DNA from: an uncultured Candidatus Saccharibacteria bacterium
Lineage (GTDB): Bacteria; Patescibacteriota; Minisyncoccia; Phycocordibacterales; CAIZIN01
Assembly: GCA_964462115.1 (NCBI GenBank)
Contig: CAYWWA010000002.1
Coordinates: forward strand, 6,560 to 70,559
Length of the DNA stretch: 64,000 nt
Direction: 5' to 3'
Numbering within the stretch: the first letter of the stretch is position 1; each line of letters begins with the position of its first letter. The position numbers and the translations under genes are program-made. Below the pieces are notes generated by a model. The model was given only the letters and a program-made list of their open reading frames with translations. It made no database searches and had not been told where the DNA came from. This document shows positions 39,214 to 47,984 of the stretch, piece after piece.

Positions 39214-40578
39214 TTAATTGTTGGCTGAAATTAGTTTATTCAAAGCAGTTTGAATTCTCTTCAAAGTTTCTACTTTGCCTAAGATACTAGCCACTAAAAA
39301 TGGCTCAGGGGACTTGTCTTTACCGGTTAATGACACTCTTAGCGGCCAAAGCACATTTCCCTTCCCTGCTGCCTCTACATAAGCCCACAATGCTTCTTTT
39401 ATACCTTCTGCCTCCCAAATACCATTAAAATTAGTTAAAATTTCTCTCACTTCAGTTAGCTTATCAGCCGTATTTTTTGCGTCTGGATCTTTTTTCCAAA
39501 ATAATAGTTCTGTTTGGTATTCCGGTTCAGTCAAGAAAAAACCCAACTCACCACTATCTCGCATGGCATCAATATCCGACCAGACCACAATCCTATCCAA
39601 AACAATTTGGTAGATTTTCTGGGCCAGCTCGTTTGAAATTTTCATTCGTTCCTCAATTTCTTTCAAAATAATTTCGGCTGGTAATTTTAGTAAATACTCG
39701 CGATTAAACCAGTTTAATTTTTCAATATTAAAAACTCCTCCCGATTTCGAGATACCCTTAATATCAAAAACCTCTTTTAATTCTGCTAAAGAATAAATTT
39801 CTTTTTCTCCACCTGGATTCCAACCAAGAAAAGCTAAGAAATTGATTAAAGCCTCACGAATATAGCCTTTATCTTGATATTCTTTTAAGGATGTTGCACC
39901 GTGTCGTTTCGACATTTTAGATCGATCGGTCGCTAAGACCATCGGCAAATGAGCGTAAATCGGTGTGGGAGCACCAATAGCTTCTTGAATTAGAACATGA
40001 CGCGGGGTGTTAGAAATGTGGTCATCACCTCGCATAACATGCGTAATCCCCATTTCAAAATCATCCACTACTACCGCCAAATGAAAAACTGGCTCGTCAA
40101 TACTTTTAGCAATCACAAAGTCACCTAAATCACTGGTATCCATTTTTATTTCACCGTGAATTAAGTCGGAGAACGAAACAACCTTCTGGGGATTTTTAAA
40201 ACGAATTACTTCACTTCTTAATTCATTCTTTTTGCCAGTCTTTTCGTCAATTTCTAGCTTAGGCTCCTCTTTAGAAATATAGGCCTTACCCTCATCTAAT
40301 AATTTTTGTAAATATTTTTTATAAATATCAGTCCGCTCACTTTGGCGATAGAATTCATCATATTTTACCCCAAGATAATCTAATCCCGCTATAATATTTT
40401 GTTCAAATTCTTTGGTGGAACGAATTCGGTCGGTGTCTTCAATTCGCAAGACTAACTTAGCTCCAATTTTGTGAGCATACAAAAAGTTAAATAAAGCAAG
40501 TCTAGCAGTGCCAATATGTAGGTTACCAGTCGGCGATGGTGCGATTCGTAATTTGGGTGTTTGATTTAAATCAGTCAT
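39214..40578 (-). CDS. gltX: Glutamate--tRNA ligase
   Basis: RIAPSPTG.LHIG, RIEDTD, RGDDH, KMSKR; start at the ATG 6 nt after TACAAT. Confidence 0.97.
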   Translation of the reverse strand: MTDLNQTPKLRIAPSPTGNLHIGTARLALFNFLYAHKIGAKLVLRIEDTDRIRSTKEFEQNIIAGLDYLGVKYDEFYRQSERTDIYKKYLQKLLDEGKAYISKEEPKLEIDEKTGKKNELRSEVIRFKNPQKVVSFSDLIHGEIKMDTSDLGDFVIAKSIDEPVFHLAVVVDDFEMGITHVMRGDDHISNTPRHVLIQEAIGAPTPIYAHLPMVLATDRSKMSKRHGATSLKEYQDKGYIREALINFLAFLGWNPGGEKEIYSLAELKEVFDIKGISKSGGVFNIEKLNWFNREYLLKLPAEIILKEIEERMKISNELAQKIYQIVLDRIVVWSDIDAMRDSGELGFFLTEPEYQTELLFWKKDPDAKNTADKLTEVREILTNFNGIWEAEGIKEALWAYVEAAGKGNVLWPLRVSLTGKDKSPEPFLVASILGKVETLKRIQTALNKLISANN

Positions 40579-40652
40579 AGTTACATTGTAAAAAAAAATC
40601 AAAAAAAAAACAATGCCCGTTCGGACATTATTTTTTTATCTACGTTTTCGAA

Positions 40653-41918
40653 TTAGTATTCTCGCATAGTTAACTGAGCCTCGGTCTTTTTCACTAAATC
40701 TGACACTACCGAAACCACAATCAATAAACCGGTTCCGCCGATTACCAAGGAAGAGACACCTGACCAAGCTTTAACTAAGAGTGGTAGAATAGCAATTATA
40801 CCCAAGAATAAAGCTCCCACCAAAGTAATTCGTACAATTACATTGCCCACGTATTCAGCGGTGGGTGCGCCTGGACGAACTCCAGGGACGAAGGCTCCGT
40901 TCTTTTGGAGATTGCTGGCCATTTGGTCAGGATCAAAAGTCATGGCGGTATAGAAATAAGTGAACAAGACTACCAAAACAAAATAGGTAATACCATAAGC
41001 CCACTGATCATTCATAAACCAATTAATTTTTTCCGCTATCAAGGTAACAGTTTCCGAAGTGGATGAAGCTAAAAATTGAGCAATCATCTGAGGAAAAGCT
41101 AAAATTGACATCGCAAAAATAATTGGAATAACTCCCGCTTGATTAATCCGTAACGGAATATAAGTTGAAACTCCACCAGTGGTAGATTGACCTCTAACCT
41201 GTTTAGCATAGGTCACAGGAATTGGCCTTTCCCCTTCGGTGACGAAGACCACTCCCGCGATTACCAATAGAGCCATAACCGCGAAGACTACCATCATTGG
41301 GATATTAGAAGTGTCGATGGTGGTGAGGGCTTGAGGTAAGCGAGATACAATACCAGCAAAGATAATTAAGGATACACCGTTACCAATACCGAACTCACTA
41401 ATCAATTCTCCAATCCACATCAATAAAACTGAACCAGCAGAAATTACTATCACGTTAAGCGCGAAAGCAAAAGCGGTTAAATCAGCTGGAAAAACCCCTT
41501 GGTTCTTCAATAAGAAAAGATAACCAACCGCCTGAATTAAGGCTAAGGGAATTGATAATAACCTAGTCCACTGTGAAAACTTCTTACGTCCGATCTCCCC
41601 TTCTTCGTTAGTCATAGCTTTTAGCGCCGGTACCATCATGGTTAAGAGTTGCAAGATAATAGAAGCGGTAATATATGGTCCTACACCCAACATCATAATT
41701 GACACGGCCGAAAGACCACCTCCCGAAATCATATCCACAATACCAAAAATCTGATTACTGCCGATAAAATTAGACAAAGCAAGCTTGTCTACATCTGGTA
41801 CTGGAATATTGGCCAAAAGTCGATAAACGAATAAAGCCCCTAATACAAATAGAAAACGATTTCTCATCTTTCTATCAGCCCAAATCAGTCCAAGTTTACG
41901 AAAAAAAGTTTCAATCAT
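40653..41918 (-). CDS. secY: Preprotein translocase SecY
   Basis: LGVGPYITASII, GIGNGVSLIIF, AGVIPIIFA, PGVRPG, GGTGLLI. Confidence 0.98.
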   Translation of the reverse strand: MIETFFRKLGLIWADRKMRNRFLFVLGALFVYRLLANIPVPDVDKLALSNFIGSNQIFGIVDMISGGGLSAVSIMMLGVGPYITASIILQLLTMMVPALKAMTNEEGEIGRKKFSQWTRLLSIPLALIQAVGYLFLLKNQGVFPADLTAFAFALNVIVISAGSVLLMWIGELISEFGIGNGVSLIIFAGIVSRLPQALTTIDTSNIPMMVVFAVMALLVIAGVVFVTEGERPIPVTYAKQVRGQSTTGGVSTYIPLRINQAGVIPIIFAMSILAFPQMIAQFLASSTSETVTLIAEKINWFMNDQWAYGITYFVLVVLFTYFYTAMTFDPDQMASNLQKNGAFVPGVRPGAPTAEYVGNVIVRITLVGALFLGIIAILPLLVKAWSGVSSLVIGGTGLLIVVSVVSDLVKKTEAQLTMREY

Positions 41919-41922
41919 AATT

Positions 41923-42375
41923 TTATTCAGTTACTGTGCCGCCAGCTTTTTCAATCACTGCTTTAGCAGAACTGGTCACGGCTAACCCATTAAAACTAAG
42001 TTTTTTAGTTAATTCGCCACCACCCAAGACTTTAACCTTAGGTAGTTTACCTTTTCTTAATTCCACCAACCCTTTTTCTTTTAGAGTTTTAATTGAAACC
42101 TTGTCGCCATTGTCAAAACTATTTTCAACAACTGTCAATCTAATTTCAACCGGATATTCACTTTTAATTGTTTTGTTAGAATTTTTACCTCGTCCACGCA
42201 TCTTAGGTAATCGTTTGATCACATCACGAAACTCTGGACGAATTTTGCGACCCGAACGAGCATTTTGTCCTTTGGTACCACGACCAGCAGTTTTACCCTT
42301 ACCAGATGATTGGCCGCGGCCAAGCTGTTTGGAGGTAATACGTTTGGTTTTAGATTTTAGATTATGAGTTTGCAT
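41923..42375 (-). CDS. rplO: 50S ribosomal protein uL15
   Basis: GRG.SSGKGKTAGRGTKGQNARSG, RLPK, IEKAGG. Confidence 0.96.
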   Translation of the reverse strand: MQTHNLKSKTKRITSKQLGRGQSSGKGKTAGRGTKGQNARSGRKIRPEFRDVIKRLPKMRGRGKNSNKTIKSEYPVEIRLTVVENSFDNGDKVSIKTLKEKGLVELRKGKLPKVKVLGGGELTKKLSFNGLAVTSSAKAVIEKAGGTVTE

Positions 42376-43085
42376 TATTTTTCAGTAGTTAGTTTTACTG
42401 TTTTTTCTGCGACCTTTGATTTTTCGTCTTTTGAAACAGACTCCGATCGAACTGGTTTAACTGGCAGATCTTCTTTTTTAGGATTTTTCAATAGAGACAG
42501 AGCCTTGACAGTGGCTTGGGCAATATTAAGTTTGTTCTTTGATTTAGATAACACCTTAGCGTTCACATCCCGCACTCCAGCAAGTTGCAAAACGTCAGCT
42601 ACAGCTGAACCAGCAATAATCCCTCGTCCGGGAGCTGGTTTGATCATTACTCTGGCTGAAGAATATTTACAACTAACTTCATGTGGAATAGTAAAACCTT
42701 TAATGGTTTTAACTTGAATCAAATTCTTTTTGGCATCACGTACCGCTTTATCAATAGCTAAAGTAGTATCAGATGCTTTACCAGTTCCTACTCCGACCTT
42801 ACCTCGTCGGTTACCAACTACGATAGCGACCGAGAAATTGAATCGGCGACCACCAGCTGAAACTCGAGTTACTCGGCGGATGTTTAAGGTTTTCTGATCA
42901 AATTCTGATTTAACTTTTTCTGGACGTCGCCCATTGCGACCGCCCTTTCGTCTGAAATCTCGTCTTGGTCGTTCTTGAGCAGCAGTGGTAGAAGTTTCCT
43001 GCTTGCTGACAGATGCCTTGGAGAAGTTATCAAATTTAACTTCTTTCTTTTCTGCTACGGGAGCATTTTGTGTATTTTCTGTCAT
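42375..43085 (-). CDS. rpsE: 30S ribosomal protein uS5
   Basis: RRVTRV..GGRRF, GVGTGKA, PAPGRGIIAG. Confidence 0.96.
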   Translation of the reverse strand: MTENTQNAPVAEKKEVKFDNFSKASVSKQETSTTAAQERPRRDFRRKGGRNGRRPEKVKSEFDQKTLNIRRVTRVSAGGRRFNFSVAIVVGNRRGKVGVGTGKASDTTLAIDKAVRDAKKNLIQVKTIKGFTIPHEVSCKYSSARVMIKPAPGRGIIAGSAVADVLQLAGVRDVNAKVLSKSKNKLNIAQATVKALSLLKNPKKEDLPVKPVRSESVSKDEKSKVAEKTVKLTTEK

Positions 43086-43089
43086 TGAT

Positions 43090-43434
43090 TTAGAAAGTTA
43101 ATCCACCCTCACGAGCGGCATCAGCTAATAATTGGATTTTTCCAGCATAATTAAAACCACCTCGATCAAAAACGATCTTGGTAATTTTTAATGTCTTGGC
43201 TTTAGTAGCAATTTCTTTTCCAACTTCTTGAGCAGCTGCACCCATTTTAGATTTGCTTTTCAAAGAAGTAGCAGTTGCTAAAGTTTTGCCAGCTACATCG
43301 TCAACCAATTGAGCATAAATATACTTATTAGATTTGAATATAGCCAAACGAGGTGTTTCAGCAGTGCCAGAAATCTTAGCTCGAATACGATTGTGTCGAG
43401 TTTGTCGTTTAATTACTTTTTTATTTGTTGTCAT
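43090..43434 (-). CDS. rplR: 50S ribosomal protein uL18
   Basis: [27 protein letters not shown]. Confidence 0.97.
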   Translation of the reverse strand: MTTNKKVIKRQTRHNRIRAKISGTAETPRLAIFKSNKYIYAQLVDDVAGKTLATATSLKSKSKMGAAAQEVGKEIATKAKTLKITKIVFDRGGFNYAGKIQLLADAAREGGLTF

Positions 43435-43447
43435 ATTTTATATTTGA

Positions 43448-43981
43448 TTACACTGTTTTCTTACCTTGTTTGCGACGAATGTATTCACCAACATAATGAA
43501 TACCTTTGCCTTTGTATGGTTCAGGTTTCTTTAAGTCGCGAATTTTCGCTGCAAATGATCCGACCTTTTCTTTATCAATTCCAGAAATTTTCATTTTTAA
43601 TTTATCAATCTCCACTTTAAGATCTTTAGGAATTTCCACCTCTACAGGATGAGAAAAGCCAAGCGCAAGAACAATTTTTGTTCCTTTAACATCCCATTTG
43701 AATCCCACACCTTCAACTTCTAATTCTTTCTCAAAGCCCTTGGTCACACCAATAATCATGTTGCGAGCGTGGGCAGGATAAGTACCTAAAAGTTTTGCTG
43801 TTGTTCCTTCAGCATCGGTTGGAGTAAAAATCATTTCACTAGCTGTGATCTCTACTTTAATCACCGGATTAACAGTGATTGATAGCGAGCCTTTTGGACC
43901 CTTGATGGTTAAGATATTATTTTCCAATTTGGCTTCCACGCCAGCAGGAATTTTTGTAGGTTTTTTTGCTAATCGTGACAT
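43448..43981 (-). CDS. rplF: 50S ribosomal protein uL6
   Basis: MSRLAK, KGPKG, LGFSHPV, PEPYKGKGI. Confidence 0.97.
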   Translation of the reverse strand: MSRLAKKPTKIPAGVEAKLENNILTIKGPKGSLSITVNPVIKVEITASEMIFTPTDAEGTTAKLLGTYPAHARNMIIGVTKGFEKELEVEGVGFKWDVKGTKIVLALGFSHPVEVEIPKDLKVEIDKLKMKISGIDKEKVGSFAAKIRDLKKPEPYKGKGIHYVGEYIRRKQGKKTV

Positions 43982-43985
43982 ATTT

Positions 43986-44384
43986 TTACCAAATGTTAAA
44001 TAATACTTCTCCACCGACCTTTTGATTTTTTGCATCAGTACCGGTTAAGATACCTTTGGGAGTTGTAAGAACTAATAAACCATAACCATTTTTTACTGGA
44101 ACAATCTCAGCGGCTTTGGTATAAACTCGTCTAGAATTTTTAGAAAGTCGTTTGACGTTAGTAATTTTTGGTTCTTTATTTTCACCATAAAGTAATTCTA
44201 CTTCAATGGATTTTAATCCACCCTTACGAGCAGATTCTTTTACTTTTCCGACATAACCTTCTTTGGAAAGAAGATCTAAAATGTCGCGTTTCATCTTAGA
44301 AAAAGTTACTGTCGCAGAACTTAAACCAACTGCGTTAGAGTTTTTAAGATGAATAATAAGATTTGAAATTGGATCGTTTACCAT
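43986..44384 (-). CDS. rpsH: 30S ribosomal protein uS8
   Basis: DPISN, EGY, RVY, TTPKG, VGGEVL. Confidence 0.96.
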   Translation of the reverse strand: MVNDPISNLIIHLKNSNAVGLSSATVTFSKMKRDILDLLSKEGYVGKVKESARKGGLKSIEVELLYGENKEPKITNVKRLSKNSRRVYTKAAEIVPVKNGYGLLVLTTPKGILTGTDAKNQKVGGEVLFNIW

Positions 44385-44563
44385 GATGATTTTTTGATGC
44401 CCGGAAGCAAACCTTCGTTAGCTGCTTCACGGAAACACACACGGCACAAACCGAAGTCCCGCATAAATCCTCGTTTGCGACCACAACGAGAACATCTTCG
44501 CACTAAACGTGACGAAAATTTCGGCTTTCGGCTTGCACGAACCTTAACTGATGTTTTTGCCAT
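44378..44563 (-). CDS. rpsN: 30S ribosomal protein uS14 (Zn type)
   Basis: RC..CGR...[18 protein letters not shown]. Confidence 0.97.
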   Translation of the reverse strand: MAKTSVKVRASRKPKFSSRLVRRCSRCGRKRGFMRDFGLCRVCFREAANEGLLPGIKKSSW

Positions 44564-44709
44564 TAGTTTTTAGATTGTGTTTGACAGTCTCCTGTCATTA
44601 ACTTAATAATAAACCCAATTTTTGGGTCTTAACAATTTAACATAATTTAATAAAAAAATCAAGGAAAAATTTGTTTTTTTAGAGTTTTTATGCTATATTT
44701 TATCGCGCC

Positions 44710-44786
44710 GTCGGCATAGCTCAGTTAGTTAGAGCGCGGGACTCATAAGCCCGAGGTCAGTAGTGCAATTCTACTTGCCGACACCA
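44710..44786 (+). tRNA. tRNA with CAT anticodon (elongator Met or Ile2), CCA encoded
   Basis: GTCGGCA/TGCCGAC acceptor; CGGGA-CTCATAA-GCCCG; atypical T-loop TGCAATT. Confidence 0.9.
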
Positions 44787-44837
44787 GAAAAAAAGAAGCA
44801 CACACGGTTTTAAAACCATGAGTGCTCTTTGGGGCTA

Positions 44838-44945
44838 CTAGCGCCCTTGTCCGCGGTTCTGCGACCGCTTCTCATAGCCCTTCGGCTTTTTGCCAAAAGG
44901 CCGGCGGTCACGTCGCCGCTGGCGGCTCTTGCCTGTTTTTGCCAT
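44838..44945 (-). CDS. Small highly basic protein (35 aa)
   Basis: TTGACA-N17-TATAAT (45001-44973), SD GGAGGTG, MAKTGKSRQRRRDRRPFGKKPKGYEKRSQNRGQGR. Confidence 0.7.
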   Translation of the reverse strand: MAKTGKSRQRRRDRRPFGKKPKGYEKRSQNRGQGR

Positions 44946-45041
44946 TTTACTTTTCACCTCCCTTCTCTTAGTATTATAGCATATTTGAGTTTTTTTGTCA
45001 AGCATTAAGTCCAAAAAGTGAGTATTTACCTTAAAAAACAA

Positions 45042-47912
45042 CTACCTGTCTCCACAATAAGCACTATAAAATTCTTCAGCTTTATCTACTCCATCAACAT
45101 AAATTTCCGTTGGCTCCTTACGAAAACCAATGGTGTTAATATTTAAATTATTGATATAAACTGTCCATAAATTATTCAGGGACAGACTGGTTTTATCACA
45201 ATAAAATTTAAGCTTGGATGATTCGCTTAAACAGTCTTGAAATTTACTATCTGTAATATTACTCCAAAGAGTTGAAGCTTGGTAGCTAGCAATTAAATCA
45301 GCTGGCACACAAATTTTTAAGACGTTAGCATCAGTTAGGTTAATAGAGTTATAAGTGGAAGAATAAGGTGTGAGAATGGTTGGACTGTGAAGGTAAGCAG
45401 TAACTTTAGGCGAAGCGGAAGCACCAGCTAATCCAAAAACATTATACATTTTTGCATTTAACATCAACTGAGAACCAGACCAACCCATAAACCAGTCTAT
45501 CTCATTTAATCGACTATTACCATAGTGGAGATAGTGCATAAAATAAGTTCCGATAGAACTTGGTGACCAATCTTTAAGGGGGGTTAAATCTATTGACCGT
45601 TTTAAATAGGTATTATAATTATGAGTATAAGCGAGAAAATAAGTTCCAATACTGCTTGGGCGCCAGTTTTTTAACGGGCTTAAATCTATTACTTCACAAA
45701 CATTGTCTCCAGGATTAGTATAACAGTTATAGCTGTGGGTATAAGCTAAAAAAGAATTAGGTATGCTAGGTATATTCCAATCAGATATTGGTGACAAATC
45801 AATCGGCTTGGTTAGATATGTATTATAATAATGCGTGTAAGCTAAAAAATAAGTAGAAATGCTTGTTGGATTCCAATCATTCATAAAAGATAAATCTAAT
45901 GGTTCAGTCGCTCCGCTATAACCAAAAGTGTAATAGAAAAAATAGCTACTGCCAATATTTGACGGTCTCCAACCTGATAAAACCTGATAACTAGGAACGG
46001 TAAACGATGACGAATTTCCAGCGTAATAAAAAGTGTAATTATTAAAATAATAACCTATGGTGGTAATTCCAGAGATATCACCACCAGCCACTAAGTTAGC
46101 TTCGGTTAAATATCGACAACCGTAAAATAGATGAGACATAAAATAATTTCCAGTGCTGACTCCACTCACAGGTAAAAAACCATAAACCGGTAATTGTTCT
46201 ACTGAAATAACTTTATTTTTATTAGCCTGTAGGTTGGATAAAGTAATTGCCGAGTGAAAACCAAAAGCCGATAGCCAACCGCGAGACGGAGAGGCTGTAG
46301 TTGGATAAATTATTATTGTATGCTGTCCAGTGGATAAACCTGTCAGGTTTATTCCGGTATTAGCCGCTCCAGTTCCAGTATAACGGGCCGCTCCCCCACC
46401 ATCAATTTGGACTAGCCAATCATAGGCGCCACCCAATACCCCTCCGTTATAACCACCGGTTGGGATTGAGAAAGTGCCGTCGGTGGTGCTGACGGTGAAC
46501 TTTAGAGCAAATGGTTCCAACTGTATTAAATCCGCAGCAGAAAAATAATAAACCCTAAAAGTGCCAGTTTGAATAGCGGTATTGCCGATTATATCTTCTA
46601 CCGTCAAAGAATAATTATAGACCACACCATTGTTATCTCCATCGGTGGCACCCAGTAAATTAGTAATATAAATACTATCATTTGGATTAGCCGTAACATT
46701 ATAATTTAACGAAGAGGTTCCATAAGCAAAAGTCATTGTAGCCATCAAGGCACTGGTCTCAACCCGCAAAGACGCTGGTAAACTTTCCTCAAATGAGACT
46801 GAAGTAATTTTAATAGGAGGAATATAGTTTTCATAATATCCATCCCAATATAAGTAAGGATAACCAGCATTATTATTTTCTCCCGCGCAATCTATTTTCC
46901 AAATAGTATTAGCCGAATCAGCGGTGCAAGAAATATCCCAACTTGAAAAAGTTTGTGATGTCTTCATTTGCGCAGTGGTCTTCGGTTGAGTATTACCAGT
47001 AGTGTTAGTATAGCCAGAAAGATTTTGATCATAAAAAGTATTAGTGGTAGTAAACCCCCCATAAGCCTCACCAGTAAAACCACCACAAAGGCCGCCAGCA
47101 CAGGTTACCTGACCAGCAGAATAACAATTAGTGCAAGAACCACCGGTGGAACCCTGTCCAAAACCAGAAGTCCGTCCGTCGAAAGCATAATCCTCAAAAA
47201 CTGAAGAACGAGAATAGGAGTTTGATACTGGCGCATTAATTAATCCAGTAAAACCGCCGTTTTGGCCCCGACGGGCGATTACCTCGTTAAAACTAAACGA
47301 TTCAGAAACAGTATTACTGTTGTAAGCAGTGTGAGCAATTAGACCGGCTACTTGGTTTCCTTCATTGTTGCTGCTGTCTCTATTGCCGGTGATCGTTCCA
47401 CCATTACATCCCACCCTGGTCACTGTAGAATTATTTAACTGCCCCACCAAGCAAGCCACATAACCTATACCAGTGCTATTTGTGTTATACAGTCTTAAAT
47501 TTGAGATGGTGGCACCATTAGTTACACCAAAAAGCGCCTGAAAACCAGAGGTGGCTTGTGTGCCAGTTGGTCTATATAGTGTCAAATTATAAATATTAAA
47601 ATAGTTTCCATTTAGTTGACCAGAAAAAGCTGTAGTGACATTTCCAATCGGCACAAAGCCGGCTCCACTGTTCCAATTTACCGTATCAGAACAATCAACA
47701 TCTTGGGTTAAAATATAATTTAAACCCAAACCTGTAGTATTGATATTTTGTAACTGGGAACAGGTGGAAATTTCATACCAACCATCACTGTTCGAATCTG
47801 TAGGCAAATCCCCAGAATCGTAAGCTGCCAAAATCAAATTGCTTGATAGCAGAAACAAAAAAACCAAAGCGAAAAGGAATTTAATTGGTTTTAGCTTGCC
47901 ACCCATAATCAT
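45042..47912 (-). CDS. Large secreted surface protein: GLUG-like beta-helix plus BspA-like leucine-rich repeats
   Basis: Signal peptide; YEISTCSQLQNI...YILTQDVDCS...GFVPIG; 32-aa repeats IDLSP..W.P.SI..YFLAYTH; ICVP..L...Y..ST.WS cap. Start could be 47924, 47912 or 47906. Confidence 0.75.
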   Translation of the reverse strand: MIMGGKLKPIKFLFALVFLFLLSSNLILAAYDSGDLPTDSNSDGWYEISTCSQLQNINTTGLGLNYILTQDVDCSDTVNWNSGAGFVPIGNVTTAFSGQLNGNYFNIYNLTLYRPTGTQATSGFQALFGVTNGATISNLRLYNTNSTGIGYVACLVGQLNNSTVTRVGCNGGTITGNRDSSNNEGNQVAGLIAHTAYNSNTVSESFSFNEVIARRGQNGGFTGLINAPVSNSYSRSSVFEDYAFDGRTSGFGQGSTGGSCTNCYSAGQVTCAGGLCGGFTGEAYGGFTTTNTFYDQNLSGYTNTTGNTQPKTTAQMKTSQTFSSWDISCTADSANTIWKIDCAGENNNAGYPYLYWDGYYENYIPPIKITSVSFEESLPASLRVETSALMATMTFAYGTSSLNYNVTANPNDSIYITNLLGATDGDNNGVVYNYSLTVEDIIGNTAIQTGTFRVYYFSAADLIQLEPFALKFTVSTTDGTFSIPTGGYNGGVLGGAYDWLVQIDGGGAARYTGTGAANTGINLTGLSTGQHTIIIYPTTASPSRGWLSAFGFHSAITLSNLQANKNKVISVEQLPVYGFLPVSGVSTGNYFMSHLFYGCRYLTEANLVAGGDISGITTIGYYFNNYTFYYAGNSSSFTVPSYQVLSGWRPSNIGSSYFFYYTFGYSGATEPLDLSFMNDWNPTSISTYFLAYTHYYNTYLTKPIDLSPISDWNIPSIPNSFLAYTHSYNCYTNPGDNVCEVIDLSPLKNWRPSSIGTYFLAYTHNYNTYLKRSIDLTPLKDWSPSSIGTYFMHYLHYGNSRLNEIDWFMGWSGSQLMLNAKMYNVFGLAGASASPKVTAYLHSPTILTPYSSTYNSINLTDANVLKICVPADLIASYQASTLWSNITDSKFQDCLSESSKLKFYCDKTSLSLNNLWTVYINNLNINTIGFRKEPTEIYVDGVDKAEEFYSAYCGDR

Positions 47913-47984
47913 AAAACTATGCATGTTATTATAGCATTATTTTATGAGGAAAAAACAAAATTTGTTGAAATCAATGATAAAAAT

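Noticed and set aside
44635-44645. Perfect XerD-arm sequence TTATGTTAAAT (also at 24401-24411)
   Set aside because: No partner arm at 6-bp spacing; explained by the rpsN extended -10 box and by a coding/start region respectively.
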